The notes: generated from the letters alone by a model not told the origin. A stretch of DNA of 64,000 nucleotides from an uncultured beta proteobacterium (GCA_963734595.1 CAVTHV010000016.1:152250-216249); one strand, 5' to 3'. Positions 21,362-33,635 are shown, counted from the stretch's first letter. Numbers and translations are program-made.

Positions 21362-21696
21362 GTCAGCACTTCAATGGTCAATGGTTCACCGGATTTCAAA
21401 TCGTTTCTCAGACTGACGCGGCCGGTGTCGATGGCCAGCGCGATCAGCCATGCACGCAACTCTTCGGCCTGCAGCATTGCTTCCTGTCCCGCCGCATGAT
21501 GGATGAGCAGGCTCGCGCCGGGCTGCGCAAGATAAGCATCGACGGCCTGCCTGATCGCCGGCTGCCCGAGCATGGCCTGGCCGCTGCGCGGCCGGTCCCA
21601 CAATTCGGGCGCCACCGGAAACGTCGGCCCGGCGCAGGCAAAAAACGCGGCACCCGCCAAACTCCATCCGATGATCAATCTTAGCATGAGCTTCAT
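21358..21696 (-). CDS. Small exported hypothetical protein
   Basis: MKLMLRLIIGWSLAG...FPVAPELWDRPRSG; fused to YhdP in the ORF track, but has its own ATG overlapping a TGA in the shifted YhdP frame. Confidence 0.65.
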   Translation of the reverse strand: MKLMLRLIIGWSLAGAAFFACAGPTFPVAPELWDRPRSGQAMLGQPAIRQAVDAYLAQPGASLLIHHAAGQEAMLQAEELRAWLIALAIDTGRVSLRNDLKSGEPLTIEVLT

Positions 21697-24600
21697 TGCG
21701 CCTTGCCCTGCTCCGGCACGTTTAGATACCCGACTTTCGATCACCTGCGGCTGGGCCCATGTTCCGGTCACGTCGTATTGGTACGACGCGATCTGATCGA
21801 GCGGATCCTTCAGCATCTTTTGCGCAAAGAAAGCGGCGACCCCGGCGACCGGACCGCCGATCAGCGCTCCCGCGATCGAGACGCCGTCGCTCAGGCTCGG
21901 CGTGATTTTGACGCGCAGCTTCTGGGTCTCCTGCGCCAGGTTCACCTCGCCGCTCATGACCACATGCGCCGCCGGGCCCCGGATGCGGAAGTTGTCGGTC
22001 GCCGCGATGCCCTTGCTGACATTGATGCCGCCCAGGATTTCGTCAAATGCGAAACCATCGCTGAAGATGTCGCGGAAATCAAGCGTGATGCGGCGCGGCA
22101 GCGCCTGCAGGCTCAGGATTCCGAGCAACTTGCCGATGCCCGGCTCGAGCTTGACGAACTGCCCCTTGGCCGCCTCGAGCATCAGATTCCCCGACAATCC
22201 GGGGTAATCGAAATCCTGCGGCCCGCCCGGCCAGGACAGCGTCCCCTGCAGCTTGGCGCTGCCGCCGCGCACGCCCTCCGGATAACCGAGACGCAGCAGC
22301 AGCTTGCCGATATCGCCGGTATCGAGCAGCAGATTGATCTGGGTGCGCGGCTGGCCGAGCCCGGTCTGCCAGGTGCCGTCGACCGCCAGCGTGTGGTCCG
22401 GGCTGGCAACGCGCAGCTTCTGGATGCGCCATTCGCGTTCCTCGGAAACCGCGTTCAACTCCAGGCTGCCAAGTTGCTTGTCCCTGATCTGAAACTGGTC
22501 GGCGGCGATATCCAGAGACGGCAGATCCTGCGTGCTGTCCGCCGCCCGCTGGGTCGCGCCTGCCGCCGCCTCCTCGATCGGGGGCGGGATGACGAGCTTC
22601 CTGAAACGCGCCGTGAGCTTGCCGCGGCCCTGCGGCTGCCATGTCACGCTGCCCGCCAGCTCGGGCCCCGCGATAGTCGAGTTCCAGACCCCGCCCTGCG
22701 CCGTGCCGTTGAGTGCAATGTCGTGAAAGCGCCGGTTGAATGCGTCGAGCGCGCCGACTTTGAGATCGATGCCGGAGAAATCGAGCGTGATGTCGTCCTT
22801 GCTTTTGCCGGCCAGCGCCATCCAGCGGTCGAAATCAAGGGTCTTGATGGAGCCGCTGATCGTCACGCCATCGCGCTCGGGCAGGGTCGCGGTGCCGCCG
22901 AAGCGGAGTTCGCCCCGGCGGATGATGCCGCGTTTGCCTTCGATGCGCCGCTGCACGACGGCGCTCAGAATATTGCCATAAGTGAGCGTAATCTGATCCT
23001 GCTGCGGCCCCAGGTATTTGCTCTCGTAGCGCGCCGCCACCGCTTCGCCGGCACTCTTGACGAGCGGCGCCGGCAGGTCGGAGGCAAGGCCCAGCAGGTT
23101 CGACTCGATCATGAGATCGGCGTTTTTCTTGCGCAGCACCAGGCTGCCGTTCCAGGCCGCCGTCCCGCGCAGATTCAGCATCCACGGCGGGGCGGTGCCG
23201 CCGGCCCGGCGTACGTTGTCGATGTTCACGCGGCCTTGCAGGATCATGCGCACCGTGGAATCGCGCTGCGTGGCCGCGGTAATCGTCACCGGGCCGCCGA
23301 GAAAGATCCCGTTCGCATTCTTCACATGCACCGCGGATTCGGTGAATTCCAGCCGTCCGTTGACCTGTTCGACCGGCGGCAGCGCCGGGTCGCCGATGAT
23401 GACATTGTTGATGAACTGGTAACTGCCGGCAACCTTGCTTTTGCCCTCGACCGGCAGCGGCATTTCGAGCTTGAGCGCAAGCTTGCCGTTGCCCTGGGCG
23501 CTCATGCCCTCGGTAAACCGGTCGATCATCTCGTTCACCGGGCTTTTTTCGATGAACGACAGAAATTCGCTGGTCGGACCTTCGGCCTCGCCCGTGACGC
23601 GCAGGATATTGTCGGCGCGCGCAAGATCGGGAATCTCGGCGTGAACCTTGGCGAGCCGGACGCCGAGAATGGTGGCCTGGCGCGCATTGACGTCCATGCG
23701 CTCGCCGCGGAAACTCACTTCGCCGGCGATGTTTTCGATTTTCGGCCAGCCGTCGCCATAATTCAGCTCACCGCCCGTGATTTTGGCCAGAACCTGGAAC
23801 ACGCCGCCCTTGCCTCCTGGAAACGGGAAGTCCGCGAGATTGCCCTTGAGCCGCAGCGACACGTCGTTCGACTGCCCCGCAAGGAATGCGTGGTCAAGCC
23901 AGTCGCGCGAGGTCTTGCTCAGTACCAGCGGAATATAGCGGCTGGTGTAGCGGCCGTCGGCACGCGTCAGACTGCCGGTCAGATCGATCAGTTTCCGGTC
24001 GCCGGACAGCATCCGATAGTTGCCGAAAAGGTTACCCGCAATATGTTGATTGGAAAAAGAGATACTGTTCAGCCTGAGCTCCGTATCGGCCCCGCTGCGC
24101 GCCCAGCCGATCTGCGCGGTGAGCGCATCGAACTGCAGCGGATCACGAAATACGAGCGGCATGTCGACCGTTGCGTTGCTGGTGTTCAGATAAAGCGCGC
24201 CCGCCTTTTCGTTGCCGTCGATATTGCCGCTGATCCCGGAAAAGCCGGGGATCTTGCCAAAGCGGTTCATCGCCAGACTCTGGAACCGGCCGCGGACGCT
24301 GTACTGGCCCGGCTGCTGCCACTCGCCGCTCCAGCGCGCCACGACGTCGTAGAGGCTGCCCTTGGGGGCCAGATCCTGCAACTGCTTGCGGAACTCGGCG
24401 GACAGCGGCAGCTGGTCGGCCAGCGTCACCAGAGGCTGCAATTCAAGCGCGTTGGCCCGCAGCTCGCCGCCAGTCGGCGCACGGTCAACGCTCCCGGCCA
24501 GACGCAACAGGAAGTCCGCCGGCGGCAATACGAGCCCGCTGCGGGTCGTCAGCCCGAGCCGGGTGGTGGAAAACTCCGTTCCTGCCGCAGAAGTTTTCCA

Positions 24601-25584
24601 CGCGACGCGGCCCGACAGCGTGGCGAGATCGAGCTCCGGCAAGTCGCCGGCGAGCCGGGTTCTGACGTCAGCCAGCCGCACATCGGCGATGATCTCGGTA
24701 AGCCGGTTATGGCTGAATCCCAGCCATGACCGCAGCGCGCCGGCGCCTTGCGGAATTTTGATCGGAAACGGCACCCAGGTATGCCACGCCGCGATATCGG
24801 CATAGTCGAGCTGGACGAAAAATTTGCCGTTCCAGTCCGCCAGCGCTTTGACGCTTTCCCCCCGGAGATCGCCGCGGACATCGAGCGGCCCGGCGAGATG
24901 TTGCGGCGGCGTCGCGCGCAGGCCAAACCGGTGGCGATCGCCGCGATTCACGATCTGCAGCGTGACGCGCTTCAGATCGAGCTGCGGCGCGCCGCGCATC
25001 TCATCGAGCCAGGACAGGGTGGCATCACGCACCACGACCTCGCGCTGGCGCAGCAGCCAGTCCGCAAACCCGTCGCCTTCTTCGGGCTTGCGGGTCATCG
25101 CGATGCCGGCGACCCAGATCGTGGCGCTGGCGTCGCGCCGGACATTGAGCAGCGGCTGGCGCACCTCGAGCGAGTAAAACCTGAGATCGATTGTCGCCAG
25201 CGAACGCCACGACAGCGTGCCGTTGATGCGCGGAAGTTCGAGCGCCGGCTGATTTGCCGCGTCGAACACGGTGACGTTCTCGAGTACGAGTTCGGGACGT
25301 ATGCCATCCCAGTTGGCGGAAATCTTGCCGATGGTGATGCGCTGGCTGGCGGCCCGGCTAACCGCCTGCGCGATATCGTCCCGGTATTGCTCGATGTTGG
25401 GCAGCACCCAATAGCGCAGACCCAGAACGATGGCGGCGAACGCGAAACCGGCGCCCAGTATGGCCCATGTCAGCGCGCGGTAGACCCAGATCGAACTGAT
25501 ATGCAGCCATTTGAGCTTGGCGGGAATCGGCACGTTTTGCCTGAAAAATGAAAAAATGCGATAGTCAAACAACAATTTAGCCAT
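21693..25584 (-). CDS. yhdP: YhdP/AsmA-like phospholipid transporter (start uncertain; probable 1-nt indel near 21740)
   Basis: LRYWVLPNIEQYR, long beta-rich body, LLGILSLQALPRRITLDFRD, YDVTGTW..P. Confidence 0.9.
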
Positions 25585-25601
25585 TTTACCCCGATTACCC
25601 T

Positions 25602-28296
25602 ATGGAATTGAATAACGCGCTGGACGCTGCGCGCCACTACAGCCGTTACGTTCGCATGGTGCTCGAGGCCGAACCGCAATTGGCATCAGACAGCGATTGC
25701 GGGCAGCCGTTCTCGGCCGGGGAAATGGAATCATTCCTCGCGGCGCATCCGGCATCCGACGAAGCCGCGCTGCAGCGCGCGCTGCGCATGCTGCGCAAGC
25801 GGGTGATGCTGCGGCTGATCGCGCGCGACATCGGCGGCCTCGCCGATCTCGCCGAAGTGGTCGCCACTGCCACGACCCTGGCCGAAATCACCCTCTCTGC
25901 CGCGCTCTCGCACCTCGACCGCTGGCTCGCGGAGCGGCACGGCCGGCCTGTGGGCGCCGCCAGCGGCGCGGCCCAGCAGTTGCACGTGATCGGCATGGGC
26001 AAACTGGGCGGATGTGAACTCAACGTCTCCTCCGACATCGATCTCATTTTCGTTTACCTGGAAGAAGGCGAAACCGCCGGCGATCACCCGCTGAGCAACC
26101 ACGAATACTTCACCCATCTCGCGCGGCGCCTGATCGCCGCGCTCAACGAAATTACCGCCGATGGTTATGTATTCCGCGTCGACATGCGGCTGCGGCCGTA
26201 TGGCGAGAGCGGCCCGCTGGTGACGAGCTTCGACATGCTCGAAAACTATTTCATCACCCAGGGCCGGGAATGGGAACGCTATGCCTGGATCAAGGCGCGG
26301 CCCGTCACCGGCGACCGCGGCAACGAACTGCTGGACCTCGCCCGCCTCTTCATCTACCGCCGCCATCTCGACTACAGCGTATTCGCCTCGCTGCGCGAGC
26401 TGCACGGCCAGATCCGCCGCGAAGTCGAGCGGCGCGACATGCTCGACGACATCAAGCTCGGCCCGGGCGGCATCCGCGAAGTCGAGTTCATCGTCCAGGT
26501 GTTCCAGCTGATTCGCGGCGGCCGCGACCCGGCGCTGCGGCAGCAGCCGACGCTGGTGGTGCTGCCGCTGCTCGCCGAACGCAATCTGCTTCCGGCCCCG
26601 GCAGTGGCCGAGCTGCGCGAAGCCTATGTGTTCCTGCGCAATCTCGAGCATCGTCTGCAATATCTTGACGACCGGCAGACCCAGTCGCTGCCGTCGGACG
26701 AGACCGAGCGCGCGCTGGTGGCGCACAGCATGGGTTTCGGCGACTACGCCGGAATGCTGGCGGCGCTCAACCGTCATCGCGGACAGGTCAGCCGCCACTT
26801 CGACCAGATTTTCGCCGCCGTCCCCCATGGAGAGCACGCGCTTGCCGGGCTGTGGCAGGACAGCGGCGACGAGGCCAACGCCGGGCAGGGCATGGCGCAG
26901 CTTGGCGAACTCGGCTACAGGCGCGTCGCCGACCTGCAGCGGCGGCTGCACGCGATGCGCGCGAGCGGCCGTTACCGCCAGATGCCGGCATCGAGCCAGT
27001 CGCGTCTCGACCACCTGGTGCCGCTCGCCATCGAAACGGCCGCGACCTATCCCGGCCCCGATGCCACGCTCGAACGCATCCTGCAGTTGCTGGAAAGCGT
27101 GAGCCGCCGCGAATCCTATCTGGCCATGCTCGAAGAATATCCGCAGGCGCTGGCGCGGCTCGCAGAATTGATGAGCGCGAGCCCATGGGTCGCACAATAC
27201 CTTACGCTGCACCCGATCCTGCTCGACGAGCTGCTCGACAGCCGCACCCTGTACGCGCCGCCGGACTGGCCGGAGTTGCGCCGCATGTTGCGCGTCCAGC
27301 TCGACGATGCCGCGGCCGACATCGAAAAGCAGATGGACGTGCTGCGCCATTTCAAGCACGCCCAGACGCTGCGGCTCGTGGCCCAGGATCTCGCCGGCAC
27401 GCTGCCGCTGGAGACGCTCAGCGACCACCTGTCCGATCTCGCGTGCCTGATTCTGGACGAAGTGCTGCGCCTGGCCTGGAGCGGATTGCGTCAGCGACAC
27501 CGCGACTGAACCGGCATTCGCCATCGTCGGCTACGGCAAGCTGGGCGGCAAGGAACTCGGCTACGCATCCGACCTCGACCTCGTCTTCCTCTACGAGGAC
27601 GGCGCGCCCGAGGCGCCGGAATACTACGCGCGGCTCGCGCAACGCATCAACACCTGGCTTACCAGCACCACCGCCGCCGGCGTGCTCTATGACACCGATC
27701 TCCGGCTGCGCCCGGACGGCGCGAGCGGCCTGCTGGTCAGTCCGCTCGAGAGCTTCAGGGAATATCAGACGAAACAGGCGTGGGTGTGGGAACATCAGGC
27801 GCTCAGCCGCGCCCGCTTCGAGGCCGGCGACCGGGCGATCGGAAACCAGTTCGAAGCGCTGCGCATAGCGATCCTGCGCCAGCAGCGCGACCTCGCCGCG
27901 TTGCGCGACGAAGTAGTCGCGATGCGGCAGAAAATGCTCGACGCCCATCCGAACGCGAGCGGGCTGTTCGACCTCAAGCACGACCGCGGCGGCATCATCG
28001 ACGTCGAGTTCATCGTCCAGTACCTGGTATTGGGCTACTCGCATGCGCATAGCGAGCTCACCGGCAATATCGGGAACCTGGCACTGCTCAAGCTCGCCGC
28101 GCGTCTTGGACTGATCGGGGAAGCCCGGGCACTGGCTGTACACGACGCCTACCGCCGCTTCCGCCAGCTGCAACACAGCCTGCGGCTGCAGGGGGAAACT
28201 TACGCCCGTGTGCCGCCCGAAACCGTGGCTGACGCGGCGCGGGCGGTGCTCGATTTGTGGAAACAGGTGCTGCCTGGCACCGCCGCGCCGGTCTGA
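25602..28296 (+). CDS. glnE: Bifunctional glutamine synthetase adenylyltransferase/deadenylase (frameshift near 27505)
   Basis: GMGKLGGCELNVSSDIDLIF, RVDMRLRPYG, GREWERYA; second domain GYGKLGGKELGYASDLD, DLRLRPDG, AWVWEHQAL. Confidence 0.95.
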
Positions 28297-28323
28297 AACA
28301 CGCGGCGGCGGCAGCTGGAACTG

Positions 28324-29649
28324 CTAGGCGATGACGTGCACCGGCGACGCCGGCGGTATGCCCGGTTTGCGCGCGACGACCATGTAGGCCTCGACTTCCC
28401 CTTTGCCCTTCGCATTGAACCTGATCGGGCCCTCGAACTCGTAGAGATTGCGCAACCGCTTGTAGGTTGCAAAGTCGACCAGGATGGTGCTGGCCCCGGC
28501 CTCGTCGGTGACGCGGCTGGCGAGGTTGACCGTGTCGCCCCACAAGTCGTAAATGAACTTCTTGGTCCCGATGACGCCCGCCACCACCGGCCCCGAGCTG
28601 ATGCCGACATGGATCTGCAGATTCGAGATCCTCTCGTCCTTCAATGTTCTCACGTAGTCGCGCATCTCGATCGCCATGCTGACCACCGAATCGCTGTAAT
28701 CGATATCCGGCTCGTCGGGGTTCCTTTCCCGATAATGGGCGTCGAGGCCGCCGGCCACCATGTAGGCGTCGCCGATGGTCTTGATTTTCTCGAGGTCGTA
28801 TTTCTCCGCCAGCGTGTCGAAATGCGAGAACACCTCGTTCAGCATCGCCACGATGTACTTGGGCGGCATCTTCTCGGAGAGATGGGTGAAGTCGATGATG
28901 TCGGCGAACATCACGGTGACATCGGCAAAGCCGTCGGCGATGGTGGTGTGGCTGTCCTTGAGCCGCTTGGCGATCGGCGCGGGCAGGATGTTGAGCAGCA
29001 GGCGCTCCGACCTCTCCTGTTCCCACTGGAGCAGCTTGTGCTGCTTGTTGAGCGTCTCTTCGAGCTTGTCGCGTTCGCCGACGAAGTAGCCGATCAGCAG
29101 ATAGATGATGCCCGACATCGCGACGAAGTTGAGCGTGAAGAACACCGCGATGCTCTGTATGGTGATGCCCGGCTCGACGCCTTTGTCCAGGTAGTAGTCA
29201 AAAAAGCCGGAAAACGCGGCCATCACGATGTACGCGAAAAACCACGGGATCGACTGGCGCGCCCCCTGAAAAATCATGACGCCGATCGGCGCCAGCAGCG
29301 CCCACAGCATGACGCCGGAAGAGCTGACATAACTGCCGATGCTCCACTGCATCAGGAACGGCACGAACAGGAACAGGATCACCTGCACATTGCGGAAGAC
29401 CGCAAAATTGCGTTTCCAGACGAAAATCGCGAGCGTAGCGACGGACACCAGCAGATAGCCAAGCGGCACCGTGGCGGAGAACCGGATGCCCATCGCCTGG
29501 TAAATGGCGAGCCATACCATCGAGCCGCAACCCATCAAACCGCAGGCAAAAATCGCCAGTGTTTTCTTGAGCTTGTCCTGCTCGCTGTCGGTTTCGGAGA
29601 TGATGCGGTCGCTCAGGCCCTGGAGCCAGGAGCGCTTGTCACCAGACAT
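28324..29649 (-). CDS. Membrane-bound class III adenylate/guanylate cyclase
   Basis: About 6 TM helices, SERLLLNILP, VTVMFADI..FT, EKIKTIGDAYM, GVIGTKKFIYDLWGDTVNLASR; GGAGGG RBS. Confidence 0.92.
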   Translation of the reverse strand: MSGDKRSWLQGLSDRIISETDSEQDKLKKTLAIFACGLMGCGSMVWLAIYQAMGIRFSATVPLGYLLVSVATLAIFVWKRNFAVFRNVQVILFLFVPFLMQWSIGSYVSSSGVMLWALLAPIGVMIFQGARQSIPWFFAYIVMAAFSGFFDYYLDKGVEPGITIQSIAVFFTLNFVAMSGIIYLLIGYFVGERDKLEETLNKQHKLLQWEQERSERLLLNILPAPIAKRLKDSHTTIADGFADVTVMFADIIDFTHLSEKMPPKYIVAMLNEVFSHFDTLAEKYDLEKIKTIGDAYMVAGGLDAHYRERNPDEPDIDYSDSVVSMAIEMRDYVRTLKDERISNLQIHVGISSGPVVAGVIGTKKFIYDLWGDTVNLASRVTDEAGASTILVDFATYKRLRNLYEFEGPIRFNAKGKGEVEAYMVVARKPGIPPASPVHVIA

Positions 29650-29862
29650 CGTCCCTCCCTGGGGATTGCAACACGGTTCTTTGGCGTATCCGGGTGATTT
29701 GAGAATCGGGCTTCTCAATTCTACAGAGTGCCCGCGCACATTGCCACCAGCGGGAAATTCGCCGGGTATGCGGCACGGGCGGCGCGAGCGCCTCATGACC
29801 CGGACTTCTGCATCCTGCGGCAAATAGGCTAGAATATTAGCTTTGTCCGATGGAGTATGCAC

Positions 29863-30789
29863 ATGTCGATGGCTGATCGCGACGGGCTGATCTGGTATGA
29901 CGGCAAGCTCGTGCCCTGGCGTAGCGCCACGACCCATGTTCTCACCCATTCGCTGCATTACGGCCTCGCGGTGTTCGAGGGCGTGCGCGCCTACAACACC
30001 GTCAACGGCACCGCGATATTCCGGCTGAAGGAGCACACGCAGCGCCTGTTCGACTCCGCCCACATCTACATGATGAAGATTCCCTACAGCCGGGAAGTCA
30101 TCATGGAAGCGCAAAAAGAGGTGGTCCGGGCCAACAAGCTCGAATCCTGCTATATCCGGCCGATCGCGTTCTACGGCTCGGAAAAAATGGGGGTGTCGCC
30201 CAAGGGCGCGAGCGTGCACGTGGCGATCGCCGCCTGGCCCTGGGGAGCCTATCTCGGCGCGGAAGCGCTCGACAAGGGCATCCGGGTCAAGACCTCCTCC
30301 CATGCGCGCCATCATGTCAACGTGTCGATGTGCCGCGCCAAGTATTCCGGCACCTACGCCAACTCGATTCTCGCCAACCTGGAAGCGACCGAGCACGGCT
30401 ACGACGAGGGATTGCTGCTCGACGTCGACGGCTTCGTCGCCGAAGGCTCGGGCGAAAATCTTTTCATGGTGAAAAACGGCAAAATCTACGAGCCGGAGCT
30501 GACCAGCGCCCTCATCGGCATCACCCGCGATTCCATCATCACGATGGCGCGGGACATGGGCTACACCGTTTCCGCCAAGCGCATCACCCGGGACGACCTG
30601 TACATTGCCGACGAAGCGTTTTTTACCGGGACGGCAGCCGAGGTCACGCCGATCCGCGAACTCGACAACCGCATGATTGGCGAGGGCCGCCGCGGACCGA
30701 TCACCACAAAACTGCAAAAATCATTTTTCGAATGCGTCACCGGAAAATCGGACAAATACCGCGAATGGCTGACGCCAGTTTCAGGATGA
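29863..30789 (+). CDS. ilvE: Branched-chain amino acid aminotransferase
   Basis: MSMADRDG.IW.DG, LHYG..VFEG.RAY, EGSGEN, FFTGTAAEVTPI. Confidence 0.96.
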   Translation: MSMADRDGLIWYDGKLVPWRSATTHVLTHSLHYGLAVFEGVRAYNTVNGTAIFRLKEHTQRLFDSAHIYMMKIPYSREVIMEAQKEVVRANKLESCYIRPIAFYGSEKMGVSPKGASVHVAIAAWPWGAYLGAEALDKGIRVKTSSHARHHVNVSMCRAKYSGTYANSILANLEATEHGYDEGLLLDVDGFVAEGSGENLFMVKNGKIYEPELTSALIGITRDSIITMARDMGYTVSAKRITRDDLYIADEAFFTGTAAEVTPIRELDNRMIGEGRRGPITTKLQKSFFECVTGKSDKYREWLTPVSG

Positions 30790-30797
30790 TGACCATC

Positions 30798-31019
30798 ATG
30801 TCGAACCAGACCGTCAATACACAACGCCAGATCGAAGTCACGGCGGCCGACCTGCCGCTGCACTGCCCGATGCCGTCGATGCTGCTGTGGAATGCCCATC
30901 CCCGCGTGTTCCTGCCGATCGAGGACACCGGTGAGGCGCTGTGCCCGTATTGCGGCACCCGCTATACCTTGAAGGGCGGCGCCACGGCGCACGGACATTG
31001 CTCGCGCGCCGAATGTTGA
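30798..31019 (+). CDS. Zinc-finger (zf-CHCC) domain protein
   Basis: DLPLHCP...WNAHPRVFL...CPYCGTRY. Confidence 0.88.
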   Translation: MSNQTVNTQRQIEVTAADLPLHCPMPSMLLWNAHPRVFLPIEDTGEALCPYCGTRYTLKGGATAHGHCSRAEC

Positions 31020-31108
31020 GCGTTGAATTTTGAGTTGTGAGTCAGAGAACCGTATTCCAGCTCGATGAACTCAACACCAAGCACTCAAAACTAAGAACTC
31101 AACATTCG
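31010..31108. repeat. Inverted heptamer cassette, GAATGTT family
   Basis: GAATGTT-GAGCGTT-GAATTTT-GAGTTGT ... AACTCAA-CACCAAG-CACTCAA-AACTAAG-AACTCAA-CATTC; perfect 11-bp terminal IR CGAATGTTGAG/CTCAACATTCG. Confidence 0.88.
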
Positions 31109-31128
31109 ACGGGCGGGGCATCAACCGT

Positions 31129-32145
31129 ATGACAAAAGTGCTTGTCGTAGGCCCGTCGTGGATCGGCGACACGGTGCTGGCCCAGCCGCTGTTCGGACTG
31201 CTGCACCAAAAACATCCCGATCTGGCGCTCGATGTGCTTGCGGCGCAATGGACGCTGCCGCTGTTGCAGCGCATGCCGGAAGTGCGGCGCGCGATCGCCA
31301 ACCCCTTCGATCATGGCGAACTGCGCCTGACTGAGCGGCGCAGACTCGGCGCCAGTCTCGCCGCGGAAAGCTACGATCAGGCCATCGTGCTTCCCAACTC
31401 CTTGAAATCGGCGCTGGTGCCTTTTTTTGCCGGGATACGGCGGCGCACCGGCTACCTCGGCGAACTGCGCTGGGGCCTGCTGAACGACACGCGCCGCCTC
31501 GACGAGCGCGCGTTGCCGCTGATGGTTGAGCGCTTCGCCGCGCTGGCAGGCGCGGCCGGGGAACCCCTGGTGCGCCCGCTGCCCCCCGCGCATCTGAAGA
31601 TCGACGAAAACCGCCGGCTTGCGGTTCTGCAAAAACTCGCGCTCGCGCCGCGGCAGCCGGTCATTGCGCTGTGCCCCGGCGCCGAGTACGGGCCGGCCAA
31701 GCGCTGGCCGGCAAAGTATTTTGCGCGCCTCGCGCAACGCCTCGGGTCCCGCGGCTACGATGTCTGGCTGGTCGGTTCGGCCAAGGACGCCGCGCTCGGC
31801 GCCGAAATCGCCACGCTGAGCGGCGCGGCATGCGTCAACCTGTGCGGCGCAACCACGCTCGCCGAAGCGATCGACGTGCTGGCCTCGGCACAGTTTGTCG
31901 TCAGCAACGATTCCGGCCTGATGCATGTCGCCGCCGCGCTCGCCAGGCCGCTTGCCGCGCTCTATGGCTCGAGCAGCCCGGCGTTCACGCCGCCATTGTC
32001 GGATCGCGCCACGATCCTCAAACTCGATCTCGAATGCAGCCCCTGCTTCAGGCGCGAATGCCCGCTCGGGCATTTCAATTGCATGATGCAACTGACGCCG
32101 GACCAGGTTTTCGACGCGATCGATTTTGATAGAATCAGGCCGTGA
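31129..32145 (+). CDS. waaF: LPS heptosyltransferase II
   Basis: GPSWIGD, LPNSLKSAL, CPGAEYGPAKRWP, NDSGLMHVAAA, YGSSSP.FTPPL. Confidence 0.95.
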   Translation: MTKVLVVGPSWIGDTVLAQPLFGLLHQKHPDLALDVLAAQWTLPLLQRMPEVRRAIANPFDHGELRLTERRRLGASLAAESYDQAIVLPNSLKSALVPFFAGIRRRTGYLGELRWGLLNDTRRLDERALPLMVERFAALAGAAGEPLVRPLPPAHLKIDENRRLAVLQKLALAPRQPVIALCPGAEYGPAKRWPAKYFARLAQRLGSRGYDVWLVGSAKDAALGAEIATLSGAACVNLCGATTLAEAIDVLASAQFVVSNDSGLMHVAAALARPLAALYGSSSPAFTPPLSDRATILKLDLECSPCFRRECPLGHFNCMMQLTPDQVFDAIDFDRIRP

Positions 32146-32179
32146 TACGGCGATCCCGCCTCCTTATATGTGGCTGCAT

Positions 32180-32623
32180 ATGAGTCTTCAAGCGAAAAAA
32201 ATGCTGTTCCCGACCCCCCAGGATGCAGAGGCGGCGTTTTACGAAGCGTTCGCCAAGTGCGACCTCGACGGGATGATGGCGGTGTGGGGCGACGATGACG
32301 AAATTTACTGCGTCCATCCCAACGGCGGCCGCATCAGCGGCGTTGCACAGGTGCGGGAATCATGGCGGCAGGCCTTCGCCAGCGGGCAGACGCTGCGTTT
32401 CCAGCTGCGCGAACAGCAATATCTGCACGGCATGATGCTGTCGGTGCACAGCGTCTATGAACACATCACCGTTGCGGGCGAAACGCGCTCGCGCAGCCCG
32501 ATGATCGCGACCAACATCTACCTCAGGACCGAGCAGGGCTGGCGCATGGTCGTGCATCACGCGTCGCCGTCGCCCGCTGCAGCCGTCATCGAACCGCGGC
32601 GCGCAGTCAAAACACTGCACTGA
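32180..32623 (+). CDS. SnoaL/NTF2-like family protein
   Basis: AEAAFYEAF...MMAVW...CVHP.G...ATN.Y...GWRMV.HHAS. Confidence 0.85.
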   Translation: MSLQAKKMLFPTPQDAEAAFYEAFAKCDLDGMMAVWGDDDEIYCVHPNGGRISGVAQVRESWRQAFASGQTLRFQLREQQYLHGMMLSVHSVYEHITVAGETRSRSPMIATNIYLRTEQGWRMVVHHASPSPAAAVIEPRRAVKTLH

Positions 32624-32822
32624 ATGCGCCATCATATGGACTTTTGTCTGCGTGCAATCCCCGCCTGACTTATAATCCAACGGCCCTGTCCCGCGCGACC
32701 TGACGGCATTTGGCAACACGGTCGCGCGACACACGGGCCTACAGATAAAAACGGCATCAACTTGCCGCGCACATCCGCCCCGTGGATGATGACGCGGCAC
32801 ATCGGGCACGATATTTCAGCGT

Positions 32823-33635
32823 ATGGTTCTGCAATCCGCCGCCAGTCCTGCTTTTGAACTGCCTCCGCGCAGCACCAAGCCGCGCCGCCGCGGCATCACG
32901 TCCATGATCGACTTCGGCCCGGATGAAATGGGCTGGACCGGGGGCGAGCGCGGCATCCGCGATTTGCTCGAGGTCGCGGCCGACTACATCGATTACGCGA
33001 AAATTTACGCCATGAACGCGTTGCTGATTCCCGCCGCGACGGTGGCGCGCACGACGCGGCTGTATCTTGACGCAGGCGTGACGCCGTTTGCCGGCGGCAT
33101 ACTGTTCGAGTACGCGTGGCAACGCAATGAAGTCGACGGCATGATCGCGCACCTGCAGCGACTGGCGGTGCCGGCGCTCGAGCTTTCCGAAAATTACATT
33201 TCGCTCTCGGACGACGAACGCCGGCGCTGGATCGATCACCTGCAGCGCGCGGGGCTGCGCGTAGTCTACGAGTTCGGGCGCAAAAATCCGGAGCAGCCGA
33301 TGAGCATCGACGAACTCGGCGCCGTGGTCGCCGATGTCGCCCGCCAGGGTATCCACCATGTGACCGTGGAGCAATCGGAAATCGACATGCTGGCGGCGAA
33401 GAACCCCGGCGCGCTGGGCGAGCTTGCGCGCGAGACCTGGTTCGAAAACGTGCTGATCGAGGTCGACCCCTATCGCTTTCCGCAACAGCACGTGCAGATG
33501 ATTCGTGACTTCGGTCCCGAGGTCAGCCTCGCCAATGTCGCCCCCGGACAGGTGCTGCGCCTGGAAGGCTTCCGGCGCGGCGTCGGCCGCGCGGTAAATT
33601 ATTCCATCGTTTCGGGCCCTGCGCAGAACGCATGA
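32823..33635 (+). CDS. ComA-family (phosphosulfolactate synthase-like) protein
   Basis: KPRRRGITSMIDFG, DYIDYAK, GGILFE, ELSE, EFGRK, Q..MI.DFGP.V.LANV...VL.LE..R.G. Confidence 0.75.
   Translation: MVLQSAASPAFELPPRSTKPRRRGITSMIDFGPDEMGWTGGERGIRDLLEVAADYIDYAKIYAMNALLIPAATVARTTRLYLDAGVTPFAGGILFEYAWQRNEVDGMIAHLQRLAVPALELSENYISLSDDERRRWIDHLQRAGLRVVYEFGRKNPEQPMSIDELGAVVADVARQGIHHVTVEQSEIDMLAAKNPGALGELARETWFENVLIEVDPYRFPQQHVQMIRDFGPEVSLANVAPGQVLRLEGFRRGVGRAVNYSIVSGPAQNA

Noticed and set aside
21358-25584. 1408-aa YhdP fused to an extra C-terminal domain
   Set aside because: Removing one base near 21740 gives ...VIKVGYLNVPEQGKAQ-stop with an ATGA overlap onto a separate signal-peptide ORF, so the fusion is probably an indel artefact.
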